DNA of 64,000 nt, taken from contig LSRY02000003.1 of NCBI GenBank assembly GCA_001643675.2, positions 1,612,001 to 1,676,000 on the forward strand, read 5' to 3'. Shown here piece after piece: positions 34,879-48,000 of the stretch (the stretch's first letter is position 1; each line of letters opens with the position of its first letter). A program made the position numbers and the translations under genes. The notes under the pieces were generated by a model. It was not told the origin of the DNA and did no database searches. It saw only the letters and a program-made list of their open reading frames with translations. This DNA is from Monocercomonoides exilis PA203 (taxonomy: Eukaryota > Protista > Preaxostyla).

Positions 34879-37800
34879 CTTTTCTTTCCAAATTCTCCAA
34901 TGAAATGCTTTTCCTGCTTCCATCTCTCATTTTTGCTTTCTCTATCACCTCCTCTCATCTCTTTCCTTCTTTTCTCTCTTTTTTCATAACTTTTGATTTC
35001 TCTTGTAATTCATCGATTTGTCTTCTTTGTTGTTCTGCTTTTCAATTTTTTCCTCTTCTCAAGCATCTTCCTTTTCTTATCCAAATAATCTCTTTTGTGC
35101 TGTTCAACCTTCCTTCTCTTCTCAAATTTTATTTCCAACTCATATTTGAAATTCATTCATCTTCTTCCTTTCATTCAAAAAACCCTCTTTCATTTTCTCT
35201 ATTCTATTTCCTTTCCAGTTCTCCTCTCAAAACACGCTCTTCGTTCTCTTTCTCTTTCTCTTTCTCCTCTTCTTTCATTCTTCTTTTTCTCATTTTAATT
35301 TGTGAATATTTCCTTCGGATGTATAATTTCTCTGTTTACTTCTTCATTTATCTCTTGATCTCTGATGCCAAAGCAGAATGTGAAGAAATTCAATCAGATG
35401 ATGTGAATGATGATAATGAAGAAGAAGCTGTGTGAAATGTTGTTGATATATTTGAAGAAGAAGATGATGATGAACGGATTGAATGTGATTATTAATTGTT
35501 GAAAATTGAGAAGATGAGTGTCAATTTACATCAACAGAGAAATTCATTGAATTTCTCTTCTTCTGTGTCTTCTTCTGCAAAGGAGAAATCTCTGAATACT
35601 TTTTCACTTTCAGCTCAATTCTCTTTCTCTCTCCATCTAAAAATAATAAGCATGCGTCAATCTATTTTTCATTCCATCTCTTTCAATTTTTCGCTTCCCT
35701 TTTTTCACAATAAATCATCTTTCCTCAAAAATAATTATTTGTCAAAGCCCAATACCAAGCATCTTCGAAAAATCCTCATTTCATCTGTCCTTCTTTATTT
35801 TTCTTTCCCACTTTTCTTCTTCAAAGCCATCTAATCCCGAGCTCTTTCAACTTCCTGAATAAAAAAAATTATAATCACTTGAAAAAAAATATATCAGCAA
35901 ACCTTCTAAACATTTTTATAAGCAATTTTCTACTTTATATTGAATTGGCAACTGTTTTCTTCAATTCAATTTCATTATTTCTTCCTTTTTCAAGTGTTTC
36001 ATCATCTGATTCGCAAATCATCCTTTCCATCAGTTGTTTCTCTATCAAATGCATCTATTTCTTGTTCTTCTGAAAAATGTGAAATTTACGTTTTCTGCTC
36101 AAATTCCATTCTCATCATTGAAAAATATCCTTGTTTTTCCTCTGAAAATATCATCTCCAATTCCCTCCCCAATCCCTTCACCCTGGGCACTTTCCATATG
36201 AACTTGCTGGTTCAGCTCGATAGTCACCCTGCACAACGAGATATCCCGCTTTCATTCATTTTCATTCTTTTCCGCCTCCTGCCCTGAAAACAACACAAAA
36301 ACATTCAACAGATAAATGTTCATATAAAGAAAAATAAATAAAGACCAAACTGCCATTCGACTGTTTTTCGCCAAACAGCCTCATTTCCACAGCCATCATC
36401 ATTCAAAAATTCAATCTCTTCATTTCAGTCTCAGAATGGTTGAATACAGCATTGCATCCTTCTCCACAAAATATATTGTATATCTCACTGGTGGGTCTTT
36501 TCAGCCTGTACACATTGTGGTGGATGTGCAGAGGTGTTTTTTCTGTTTTTGGCATGATCATCTCCTTTAATAATATTCTCAACGATACAAAAGAAGAATA
36601 ACTCGTTTATCTCATCAACACCAGGCACATGAGGGATATGGTGCATACAAGTGATGGAAGAATATTTTTTGTGGCAGGGGGTGGGAGTTGAGTGGTTTTT
36701 TTGAATGTTTATATTTCAAGAGGAGTTTTTGAATGAAAGAAATTCTGAGACAAAAAGGTGGAGAAGAGTCGGTGGAAATTTGTAGAGAAAAATGTAGAAA
36801 ATATGTAGAGAAGTGGTTGAGGACGATGAAGGAGGGCTTATTGTTGATTGGAGATATGGATTTTGAAAAGAAAGAAAAGAGGGCAAAAGTGTGCAAGAAG
36901 AAGAATATTCTGAAGTGTTCAAATGGAAGAGGGGAAACTTTTTTGAGAGGAGAAGGTTTTATGGAAGAGACTGTGAAAGATGAAGAAAAGGAGGGGATTG
37001 ATATTTTCTGATGATTTTGTGAGCTGAATGGAAGAGGGGAATGGAAAGGAAAATAAATAGAGGGATATTAATATTTTCTATTTTTGAGGGGAAAGGAGTG
37101 GAAATTACAAAAAGAAAGTCAATAAACTTTGAAGAAATACAGCAAGATTGATTTCCACAATCTGTTCGTCAAAAGTTTTATGACTGAATTTTTCAAACCA
37201 ATGTGAAGTTTACACATCGAATAAGATGCTTCAGCCAATCAACGATTTCATACAAATTATTCTCAACATCATAAATGTCGTTCGACTGTTTTCGCATTTC
37301 TCAACTGCATCTTCTTCGTCTTCTTCTTCTTCGTCGTCTTCTGATAATTCTCCTTCATTCAATCAATCATCTTCCTCATTTCTCGGTTTACAAACACAAA
37401 ATTCGCCTTCTCACACTTCACCTGTTTATTCAGCGACAAGCACGCCTGTTATGAATCGCATGGCCAAAAACACACAAAATCTTATTCGCTCAAAATTTGC
37501 TTCTTCTTCTTTAACTTCAATTTCTTCTTCTTCTTCTTTGACCTCGTTCTTCCTCATACGTTCGCACATTCACACAGCATCTATCTTCCTTTCAACAATC
37601 GTGATCCTTCTTTTCTTCTTCAACGCCTTCTTCGATGAACGAATTAAAAATGATATGCTTTTTTCATTTCATTCAACTTCATCAAATTCATCAAGAAGCA
37701 TTAAAATCTGCTCAAATAGGAAACGCAAAAGAAATATTCATTCTGACATAGAATTTCAGCCGGACATAACACGGCAATGAAATGGGTAATATTGATCCAG

Positions 37801-40312
37801 AATAGCCGAGCATCAGGCATGCAACAGAAAATAGAGATTGCCTCTGACTTTTTTCATTTGGAAGTTGAAAGAATTCACCGAAAACATAAAGAACAGGGCA
37901 GGATAGGATGTTTGGGGCGAACGATTATGTGGATGATCTTCGATTGATTTCACAACGTCATGTGCCTTCAATGGAATGAGAGAATGATTAAATGAGGAGA
38001 ACAAAATTTATTAGAAAACAAATAATCGAAGGAAAATTCTATATAAAAAATGTGACGAATATCAGGTTGACATCTAAATAGGAAAGGTGAGGAAATTATA
38101 ATTTGTGGAAAACCTTCGAATATGCTTGAAGAAATTATTTTTGAAGAAAGGAAAAGGGAAGATTCCATTTAGCAACGAGCTTTATTTTCATTTGATGGAG
38201 AAGAAAAATTAGATGAAGAAATTTTGAAGAAATATTTATATTTGAGCCAATAACAGACTTCTCGAAACACAAGTGATGATATGTTCTCGTGTTGAAAAGA
38301 AGATGAAACCTCAAGGAGTTTTCGATAACATGGAAAATGAATCAAAATTTGAAGAAGAAATAATTGAGGAAATTATGAGAAAGTTCATCATTTGAAATGA
38401 TTTTTGCATCAGCTGCGCTGAAAGTGAGTGTTTGAGTTGGAACAAATGTTGAGGTGAGGAGGGTGAGAGAGGCGTCTTGGGTATCTGTCATGCGAACAAG
38501 AGCAAATTCAATTGTTTTGCATGGATTGAGCTGTGTGATTTCGCAGAGATCTGTGTTTGTCCCATTATTTGACACGATTTTGAATGTTGTTATGAGAGGG
38601 AGCCAACTGTTGAACTCAACATTATCTGCTTCTCCTGCATTCCACACTCTTTTTGATTCTGTTGTTGAACCGCACTGATTGAATGGGGATTGGGTGATGC
38701 TTCTGCCATTGAAGAACACATCGTTTCCTCTTCCATTTTCTGCTGTATTTCCATCGAAGAAGCAGAAAGTGATGAATTTCATTCCATTCATCCAAGTGAA
38801 GGTTGCATCCAAATAAATACCAGCTCCGCCGCGTGTAGATGAAGTTGACGTCAATTCATTATTTACAAATTGGCACTCATTGATTGAAAACTGACTTGGT
38901 TTATTGGTTGGAGGATAATTAAATGTTAATGATCCCGCAGCATCACCACCAGAATTTGAAATGCATTTGCAGTTTGAAAACAGAAATTGAAAATTTAACT
39001 GATTATTATTTAGTCCAAAATACCAACCGGTTCCACACCAATCTGTTATTGAACAACTTTCCACTCTGTTATCTGAGAATGTCCAAACAGAATTGGATTG
39101 AGGATAAGCTATGCAAGTTGCTCCTCCATAAGCAGCGGAACAACTGGTGAAATTTGATTTTGCGATGTCAATTTTCAGCAATCTATCACAACGTATTGCT
39201 CCGCCATGATCATTTGTTGAACAATTGTTGAATGAACAAGAAGTGATTGTGAGATTTGCATTAGTGCAATTAACTTTCAGTGCTCCACCCCAATCGCTTC
39301 CACCATTTGAATCGTTCCATTCACACCACTCAAAACGATGACTGTTCTGATCGAATGAAGTCAGTCTTCCAGGTTTCGCTCTTTGAGATTCAGTTCCAAC
39401 ATGTACAACAGCAGCATTTGGTGAAGAGCGTGTTTGGTGGAGAAAAGAGGTGTTGAAGGTTGAGAGAGAAGTGGATGGGCTGTTGAGGTCGGGGAGAATG
39501 GCACCATCGATGGGGTTGTGGGTGTGGATGAAGATAGATGAGTGGATGGAGAGGGATGAATGAAGAGAGAAGGAGGGGATTAAATTGATGTTGATGTTGG
39601 TGGAAGAGGAAGAAGAGGAAGAGGAAGAAGTGGTTGAGATGAATGGGTTGAGTGAGTGGGAGGGAAGAGATGGAAGTGATAGAGTGGATTGGGGAGAGGA
39701 GATGTTGGAGAAGAGGGTGTTTGAGAGATGGAGATTGAGGTGGATTTGGAGGTGGGGATGGGATTGGTGATGGATATGGAGAGGGGAAGGGGAAGAGAAA
39801 GAGGAAATGGAAGGGGAAAGGGAAGGAGAAGGAGAAGAAAAAGAAGAGGATGAGGATGAGGATGAGGAAGATGAAAGAGAAGGGGAAGGGGAAGGGGAAG
39901 AGAGGGAAGAAGGAGAAAAAAGGAATGGCTGGATGATGGAGATGAAGGAGGAGAAAGAGGAGTGGGAGATGGAGAAGGAGGCAGGGATTGGGGAGTGGGG
40001 ATCTGGGAGGAGATTGTTTGGGGTGGAGAAGAGGGGGAATGAGAAGATGGCTGGTTGGCGGGTGGTGAGGGAGAAGTTTGTGAGGGCGAGGGAGGCATGG
40101 GCAGAGAGGAAGAGGGGGCATTGGTTGTGGTGGTGGTTGTTGGTGAGGGAAAGTGGGTGGATGGTGCAAGTGGAGGAGGAGATGGAGGCAGCGGAGTGGT
40201 GCTGGGCAGTGAGGAGTGGACAACCAGCGAGGGGGATGAGGTTGAGATGGGTCACACACAAGGAGGTGTTGATGAGGGCGAGGCTTGTCTGAGCACCACA
40301 GATGTGATTTCC
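33940..40312. repeat. Outer right arm of the inverted duplication (mirror of ~1530-8040)
   Basis: See the outer left arm. Homology ends at GGAAATCACATCTGTGG (minus strand, ~40312), which matches ~1533. Confidence 0.9.
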
Positions 40313-40438
40313 CGATGCATGTTCCACCTTGTCTGTGTGAGCGCCTCTGATGATGCTGTTTGCGATGTTCTCTCCATGAACGAGATTTATGGTGAGGAAT
40401 GCAGCGAGTATTTGAGCTAATACTGTGATCCTAATCAT
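38342..40438 (-). CDS. Copy A' (698 aa): the only family member with a full leader, comprising a signal-peptide-like N-terminus, a Ser/Pro/His linker and the GGA-repeat domain
   Basis: ATG at 40438 gives MIRITVLAQILAAFLTINLVHG-ENIANS, and the frame is uninterrupted. It ends at the same point as A and C, so it is probably 3'-truncated. Confidence 0.75.
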   Translation of the reverse strand: MIRITVLAQILAAFLTINLVHGENIANSIIRGAHTDKVEHASGNHICGAQTSLALINTSLCVTHLNLIPLAGCPLLTAQHHSAASISSSTCTIHPLSLTNNHHHNQCPLFLSAHASLALTNFSLTTRQPAIFSFPLFSTPNNLLPDPHSPIPASFSISHSSFSSFISIIQPFLFSPSSLSSPSPSPSLSSSSSSSSSSSFSSPSPSLSPSISSFSSPSPLHIHHQSHPHLQIHLNLHLSNTLFSNISSPQSTLSLPSLPSHSLNPFISTTSSSSSSSSSTNININLIPSFSLHSSLSIHSSIFIHTHNPIDGAILPDLNSPSTSLSTFNTSFLHQTRSSPNAAVVHVGTESQRAKPGRLTSFDQNSHRFEWCEWNDSNGGSDWGGALKVNCTNANLTITSCSFNNCSTNDHGGAIRCDRLLKIDIAKSNFTSCSAAYGGATCIAYPQSNSVWTFSDNRVESCSITDWCGTGWYFGLNNNQLNFQFLFSNCKCISNSGGDAAGSLTFNYPPTNKPSQFSINECQFVNNELTSTSSTRGGAGIYLDATFTWMNGMKFITFCFFDGNTAENGRGNDVFFNGRSITQSPFNQCGSTTESKRVWNAGEADNVEFNSWLPLITTFKIVSNNGTNTDLCEITQLNPCKTIEFALVRMTDTQDASLTLLTSTFVPTQTLTFSAADAKIISNDELSHNFLNYFFFKF

Positions 40439-41186
40439 TTTCAAACTGTGATGCAATTTGATTGGAATGAATATGAATGAAGCCTTAATTGGTGGAGAGG
40501 GGAGAAATGCAATGTGAAGGGAAAATAGAAGAGGAAATCTTGTGAATCGTTGATAATTATATGAAATTATCTTCTTTTGTGTGAATGGGCAACAATTTGT
40601 ATTTCTGTTGCTTTCGTTTCTCTCGTGTGCGCTCAATTTTTTATTTGGAAATTAAATAGATTTTTTTTGAAACTATTATTTTTTTATCCAAAATGAATAA
40701 TTTGTAAACGATTAAATAAATTTTTCTTACGAAATAATTATTTTTATCTGACAAGTAATAATAGTTTCAAACCTTACTAAATTATTTCTCTATCTCATGA
40801 AATTTAGTGAAAATTGATATTATCTATTCTTTCCTTTTTTCAGCTGTGTTGGAATGAACTTTGTGTTTTAATTCAATTTTTAAAAAATTATATTAATTTC
40901 AAGATAATTACATTTTATCTCGATTAGTTTTTCTTATTGAATTTGCGTAAAACAATTATTTCATTTGTGACAAAATTTTTTGTTTTTTGAATTTTGTTCC
41001 ACACTGTTCTTTCAAAGATTTTTTTCGATTTATTATTTTTTATATTAAATTTTGCACAAAAATGTCAGAATGATAATCATACGATTGAAGAAAAAGTTTG
41101 GAATAAATCATTGAATTTTTCAAAAATGAAAAAATTCTGTCCCATTTGCAATAATGATAATTTTGTTTGTTAATTTATCATCTAGA

Positions 41187-41187
<1 letters not shown>

Positions 41188-41222
<35 letters not shown>
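41188..41222. repeat. Poly-T run of ~35 nt
   Basis: Direct reading. Confidence 0.9.
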
Positions 41223-41223
<1 letters not shown>

Positions 41224-41663
41224 TGAAATTTTGTAATTCAAAATTGAACCCAATAATCTCTTCTTCCGGATTGAGAAATGTTAAAAACAGATGGTAGATC
41301 CTTTTTGATGTCATCCTTTTGTTCGAGTTTTTCAGAAAAATTTATCTTTCAAAAAGATTTTTTGAAGAATATGTTTCTTTGATTGAAATGTTACAAACAG
41401 AATAAAAAAATTATTAATGATCATTTTTTCCAAAAAACGCTGATTGTTGGCAGATCATCTAGTTTATTCACATTCAAAAAGGAATGCTGTGTTATAAAAT
41501 TAATAACGAAAAGTTCCGTGAAAATAAAAACAATAAACTTAATTATCCGTGAAATAGTTGCACTCACAGAAATCATAAAATCGAATTTTATTATTGGATG
41601 CATCGTAATCTGTTGTGGAGGATGTCCAATCATATTTTTTTTAACAATTTTCTGATTCAAGTT

Positions 41664-41927
41664 TCAAATATCTGAATCTCTGGAGATGTGATTGTTGAAT
41701 GTAGTTTCAAGGCTTTGTGTAATACTTCGTTTGAAAGCTAGAAAAAAACTTTTTTCTCGAAGATGCGTTGCATGAACATTGTTTGATTCAAAGTGGAAAA
41801 TAACTTTCTTGATTTTAGCACACACGCATTTATCCAGTGGCTGCACGATATGCAAGTTGTGCGAAAAAAGAAGCTCAATATGGATTATTCTTTTTGAAAA
41901 GTCGCAAATGTTTATTATCCAGGTCAA
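41664..41927 (-). mobile_element. Decayed DDE_1 (pogo/Tigger/Fot1-like) transposase, C-terminal catalytic fragment
   Basis: IELLFSHNLHIVQPLDKCVCAKIKK resembles the LPxxxSHxxQPLDxxxFxxxK motif. Confidence 0.6.
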
Positions 41928-42529
41928 ATAAAAATGAACAGCATTTGGTCAGTTTTTGCAAAAAAATCCATCAAATCCCACCACAATACATTTAATCTCA
42001 TATACAAAATTTTTGCATAAGGGTGATAATTTTTGATATCATATTTTTTTCGTTCAAAATTTTCGGTTCAAAAATTGCCGTTGAGTATTTGGAAATGACA
42101 ACAAAAATGTGAAAAGGAATATAAAATACAAACGCATCATTTTGTGGTAAAAACAATTTTTTTTATAAAGTTGAGATAAATTTAACAATTTGAATTCAAA
42201 ATCTCTTCCAAATGACAAACAACCTTAGAAAAATCTACATACCGAAAAAAGATGTGATTTCAAAAATTATCTCCTATATATAACTGTGAAAGAGCAAAGT
42301 TCATAGAACTTTGACATAATGCTATAATGCATTTTCTTTTGAAAATTCGTTAACTCTGGGAAGGAAGAAATGTTACAGACAAGCTAATGAAAAAGTTCTC
42401 ATTTGCAAGAAGCATCAATTATCTTTTCGAATCCATTGTGTCAAGAAGTTTTTTGGTGCTTTCCACTTGAAAGAACAGTTTCGATAATTTATATGTGTGA
42501 TTATTTGTGAAAACTTCCATCAGTTTAAT

Positions 42530-42944
42530 TACACCAAAAATTTTTCAAAATGAGAATATTTTCATTCATAAAAATAAAAATTGCATTCAAAATAATAATT
42601 TTGCAAACAAAATGAGAACTTTTGCGTTCAAAATGGAAAATTTGCAAACGAATTAATAATTTTTTCGAACGTAACAATAAATTTTGCATTCGAAATAATA
42701 ATTGTTCAAATCCAAACAAAATCTTGTTCACTCTCTCATGAAATTTTGTGAAAATCATTTTTCAACACTTGAATCTGAAATAATTTAGTGTTGTTTATAT
42801 ATTCATGTGCGTGAAAAAATTTTTTGAAATATTTTATTTAATCCTGTAATTTTTTATAATTACTAATAATTTATTTTCCTGTGAAAACAAAAGATTTTTT
42901 CATTTCGAATGCAAAAGTTCTCATTTTGAATAATTTTTGGTGTA
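42530..42944. mobile_element. ~415-bp non-autonomous TIR element (MITE/foldback-like) with TA at both ends and internal ~21-nt subrepeats
   Basis: The left end TACACCAAAAATTTTTCAAAATGAGAATATTTTCATTC and the reverse complement of the right end TACACCAAAAATTATTCAAAATGAGAACTTTTGCATTC match at 34/38. Degenerate TGCA..CAAAAT units lie at 42581-42725. Confidence 0.75.
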
Positions 42945-43202
42945 TCGAATAAAACAAAAATTTCAAATAATCATCAAATTTCTGTTCTTTCTCACGAAAC
43001 TTTACCATAATAAAAATAATAATAATTTCAAGTTTTCACTTTCATCACACTATAATTTGGTAAGTGGGAACAGAAATATGATCGAAATATGAAAATTTTG
43101 TTTTATTTGAAATTTAACAAAAGGAACTTTTCAAAAAAATTTAGATAAATACAATAAAAGAATTAATTTAATTAAATTCAGTAATTAAACATTTGCGATT
43201 TT

Positions 43203-43695
43203 TCAAAAAGAATAACCCATTTCGATCTGGTTTTCTTTGTTCAGTTCCTTTATATTTTTGTTCGTGTGCGTCGCTGCACCATCAATATGCAAGCACACCG
43301 TACAGTTTGATAGTTTTATTAATTTTATTCTTCTATCAATTGAATCAACAACTTCAAATTTGAATAGTCTAAAAAATAATTCAGAATTGATTCCTTTCTT
43401 TATTGAAGCTAAAAAAAAAAAGAAAGAAAAAAAGTTATCGGAATTGGCCTTCGCATATTCCTGAGGGAGAAATGTGGAATGACTGATCACAGAAGTCTTG
43501 CAATGTTCTCTGTCTGCAGAAATTTGTGACGGCAAGGATATGGATAAAGGAAGTGGTGCTTCTTGAGAGATTGGGCTGAGATAACCAGGTGGAGAAATAA
43601 TCTTCGTTGATTCGGTTGTGTTTTTCTTTTTCAGTTTCATCAAAATTTAATGTTAATTGCGGAATATATTTTTTCTTCTTTGACAATTTTTTCAA
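43203..43695 (-). mobile_element. Decayed DDE_1 (pogo-like) transposase, N-terminal/central catalytic fragment
   Basis: The motifs LNFDET, ISAD, GINSELF and CLHIDGAATH occur in order across a frameshift and match the NxDET...ISAxG...LxxDGxxSH pattern. Confidence 0.65.
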
Positions 43696-45025
43696 CTCAA
43701 AATATTTTCCTTGCTATGTTTAATACTCGATTTTACTGTTGATCTGTTTCGTTGGATAAATTTAAAAAGATTCTCAAATTTTCGAAATAAAAGAATAACG
43801 GAATCATTTGAAAACTTCGTTTTTTTTGTTTTTTATATCTTTCAAAGAATAAAAAATGGTTGACGATTTTTTATTAAAAACAATTTAATAATTGTCACAA
43901 ACAACTCCATACAGAATGAATAAACGACTTTCGAGTTTTTCTTTTTCTGAAAATATTTGAATTCTTTTTTTCAAATAAAACCCTATTCTGAAACTTCTTT
44001 CAAATTCTCCACAAAAACACTTTGATTCCATCATTTTAATTTTCTGCTTTTGCGTTCACAGCTTTGTGGAATGCAATCTTTGGTATTAATCAAACGATAA
44101 ATTTTTCAGATAGATTGAAGCCATTTTTCTTAAATCAAAATTCCAAATTTCATTGTTGGATGCTATATATGTATTTCGAATTGGAAAGAAAAAAGGTATA
44201 TAACCAACAATGGAATTTTTTAGGAAATTTTTTCAAATTGAAACATAAAAGGAATGACTATGAAAAAAATCACTCTAATCGTCAACTTTTTCACAGATTC
44301 AAAAAAAGAGAAAGAAAATTCTTTGGCTTGTTTCGAATAAAAGTTTTTCTTCAAAAAGGAACATCCATTTAGGTTTTTTGGAAATTGAAACATGGAATAG
44401 TTTTTATTTTCGATGATTTCTGAATATCAAAAATTTTTGGAAGGAACAAAAAAATCAAATTCAAAAATTTCTCTTGGAATAATATTTCAAATTTATTAAC
44501 AATAATTATTCAATAAATTGTGAATAATTTTAGTTTGCTTATTTTTCTATCTTTCTGTATTTTATTTAGTAATTTCATGATTTAAAAATTCAAACAATGT
44601 TTTTGCAATAATTGTTGCACATAAGAAAGGAACATTGTTGTTTTCACTCTGAAAAATATCTTCATTTCAAAAGATACTTTTATAATACAAATTAAATAGC
44701 TTGATGAATTCTATTCCATGCAGCATTTTCCTTTTTTTCTCAATCTGAGTATTTTCCTGTAATTTTTGTGAGAGTGTGGAGGACTAAAAAAGATATGATT
44801 ACAGAAAAAGTTTGTTACAAATCTAAGTTTTTTTCATGCATGAAAGAATTTGTCCCATATTCGAAGAATAAAATTCTAAACTATTATTATTTAATGTAAC
44901 ACACAGAATATATAAATAAATAATAATAATAATAATAAACAAAAAACGATAATACAATTTTAACAAAATTTTTTCCAAAAAATATTGACTTTTTCTATAA
45001 AAGTGAATGCGATAAAATGCTCAGC

Positions 45026-48000
45026 TTAATCGATGTAACAATCTTCATTATTTTCAGTAACTTTTCTTGTTGCAAATTTTTGATTTAACAAAGGCTCATT
45101 AAATCCTTTTTCTTTATCAATATTATGATTCTGAATTCTATTTAGCTCAATCTTTATTTCCCTTTCAGTGTCTGAGGCTTCTGTCCAAAAAGAGTGAAAT
45201 ACTGTTATGATCGGGAGGTGCTGAGTTGGAAACAGAGAGAAAAGAGACGATGGATGTTCAAGAATCTCTGCAAGAACTGGAGAAGCTGTGCTAAGTTGAA
45301 AGATCGATGAGGATAACAATGAAGAAAAATGCGAACTGTTGCAACAAGAAGAGCATGAAGAGCATGATTGTACAGGCTTCGATGATGAAGAGTTCAATTC
45401 ATTTGTGGTTGATGAAGCTGAACTTAAACTGGAAACAGAATTGAAAAACTGAGATTTATTAGGGCTGACTGCTGAACCAGCTATTGATTGAAATTGAGAA
45501 TAGGAAGTTTGCTTTGTATCAGTGGATCGTGCTCCAAATGCTTTTGAACCACAATCAACATCATTCAAGCATGTTCCATCACATTCATCGAGTTTCAAGC
45601 GAATTGTTTCAACAGCAATTGGATGCAATTCTGAAGTCGATAGGATGTAATCCGACGCGCACGAAACAGGAACATATGAATCTTTCACCAAAGAGAGTTT
45701 ATTTTCAGTGGGTTTTGATTGCTCAATCAGAGAAGAGCTACAATTTTGTGTTTTTTGAGAAGACTGGGAATCAGTTTTCGAACCTAATTTTTTTTCTTTT
45801 TCAGAAAGAAGTGCTTTTGCATTTGACCATTTAAAAGTTGTATGAAGAGGTGGGCAAGAAGACACATAAGCCCACGAGTCCACAAACAGAATTGGAGATC
45901 GCAGCAGAACAACTGGTTGCATTGGGCAAAAATATTTTTGTTGAGAAGAGCGCCTTGAACAAAATTTCAACTGAGATTGAGAAGAAGGATCAGTTGCCGA
46001 AGAAAAGCTGGAAATTATGGGAGATTGCTTTTCCAAAATTGATGAAACTGTCTGAATTTTTCTTTTGACTTGAGCTGCTTGTGTTTTTGAGTTGACAAGA
46101 AACATTGATTTTTCACTCTTCACAGTTTTCTGCTGCTCTCTAATTGTTTTCAGAATTGAGTTTGAATGCACCACTGGAACAGTTCTTTCTGTTGTCAAAT
46201 ATCCAAATCTGCAAAAGTATCGCTCAATCCAATTAGAAATAAGCGATTTGATGAAATTTCGAATATTTTTTCTGTTACTTTGAGAATTTGAAGAATTTTT
46301 GGATGAAAAGATATTCTCAAAACACTCCTTACGATGGATTGTGTTTATCGAATGAAGCAACAGTTTGATGAATCTGTAGACAGAAAAAAAGAAAAAGCTT
46401 CCTTTTTGCTTCAATTGCTTCTGCATCTGCTTCACTTTTTCAAGTCTCATCAGATGCTTTATCACTGAATATAGATCGTTTTTATTGAAATAATAATTCA
46501 AGTATTCCTTCCACCCTCCATTTGAAGGCAATTTCAGTTTCATTTCTCTCTGAACATTTTCTGCAAACATTTCAAAATAATCGCAAATATTCCAACATCC
46601 TGTCACATCATCCCAGTAGTTTTCATCTTCAGGGTTCCACAACCATCCAGAGCCGCTCGTTCGACTTCCAGCAAAATATCTCTGTTTCAATTGTAAGTTA
46701 TAAACTTTCCTAACAAAGTCATGATCAACCTTTTTATTCTTAATGGATGAAGAGCTGTCCAATGAGCGAGGAATGGTAGATACGACACGAGATACTGAAA
46801 AATCATTGCGCATATTTGACTCTGATTGAGATTTTAATGAAGAGCTGGCTTTTTCTATTGCTTGTAGGCTCACATTTGGAGAAGAATTGTTAACAAAGTT
46901 ATTTTGTGAAAAATATTTTTTCAAAAACACTCTGAAATGCTTGTCTGAAAGAAATCTGCTGTAAATTGATCTGATCTGAGATTCATCTTCAACTTTCATC
47001 AGTTCGTAAAATGCTGAAAGATCATTCTCTTTTGACTTAGCCTTAACTGATGAAGAAAACTGAGGCCTTCGCGAAAATCGATTCTTTTTGGAATTATCAG
47101 CAGAATTAGAACCAGAAGGTGAAGGAGATGAAGAAGATTCATCAAGAAACGTTGATATTCCTCCACTTGAATCGAAAGAAAACTCATCACAATCAATTTG
47201 CATCATATTTATACAGCCAGATGCATCACAGGAATCATTTTGCTTCGATGTCTGCTTTTCGCTTTTTCTCCGATTTCTCTTCCTCTTATTCTTCTCATCC
47301 TTTTGTTCCTTCTTTTCTTTTCTTCTACGCACAATGTTTTTCGCTCTAGCTAATCTTTCAGTGTCTGCAAATCTCGAAGATGTCCAAGCGCCGAATTTGT
47401 TCAGTTTAACTCTACGTTCATTTTCAATTCTCTCTCTTTCCCTCAAAACTCGTTCAATCATTTTTTCTCTTCCGCTGAATGAGAAGCTTTGGCCTGATAC
47501 AATGAAATTGCGGCTGGAAGGCTCAGAAGAAGTAACTGAAGAAAGCAACTTCTTACGATTTGCTACTTTTTGCAGCCAAGAAGGAACGGAAGAAGATGGC
47601 AAAAGAGCGTTATTATTGTTGTTTTCTTCATCAGAATCATTTTTGGAGTCAGAGATGTTGCCATCTTTAGCTTCAGTAGCGGCAGAAGGGGGAGAAGGAA
47701 GTTTGGCTGTTGATGCAATATAAGCAGTGAGTGTATTAAACAAATCGATGTTAACAACTAATCGAGCTACACTCATCTTTCTGAAATCGGATGGCTCAGA
47801 ACACGAAGTTTCAGAGGAAGACGGAGAAGAATCTGAATATTCAGAAGAAGAAAGCAAAGAAGAAGATGAAAATGTCGATTCATTTTCAACTGTCTTTAAA
47901 GGAGATGCATCAGACTTTGAATAATTATTCATTTGTCTTGCTGAAACCATTTTTCTTTTTGTAACATTAAGAATTTTTGAGTCTCCAAAAGATGCATCTT

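Noticed and set aside
42581-42725. CRISPR-like array or heptad-repeat gene
   Set aside because: The units are degenerate and adjacent, with no unique spacers and no cas genes. They are better explained as subrepeats of the TIR element.
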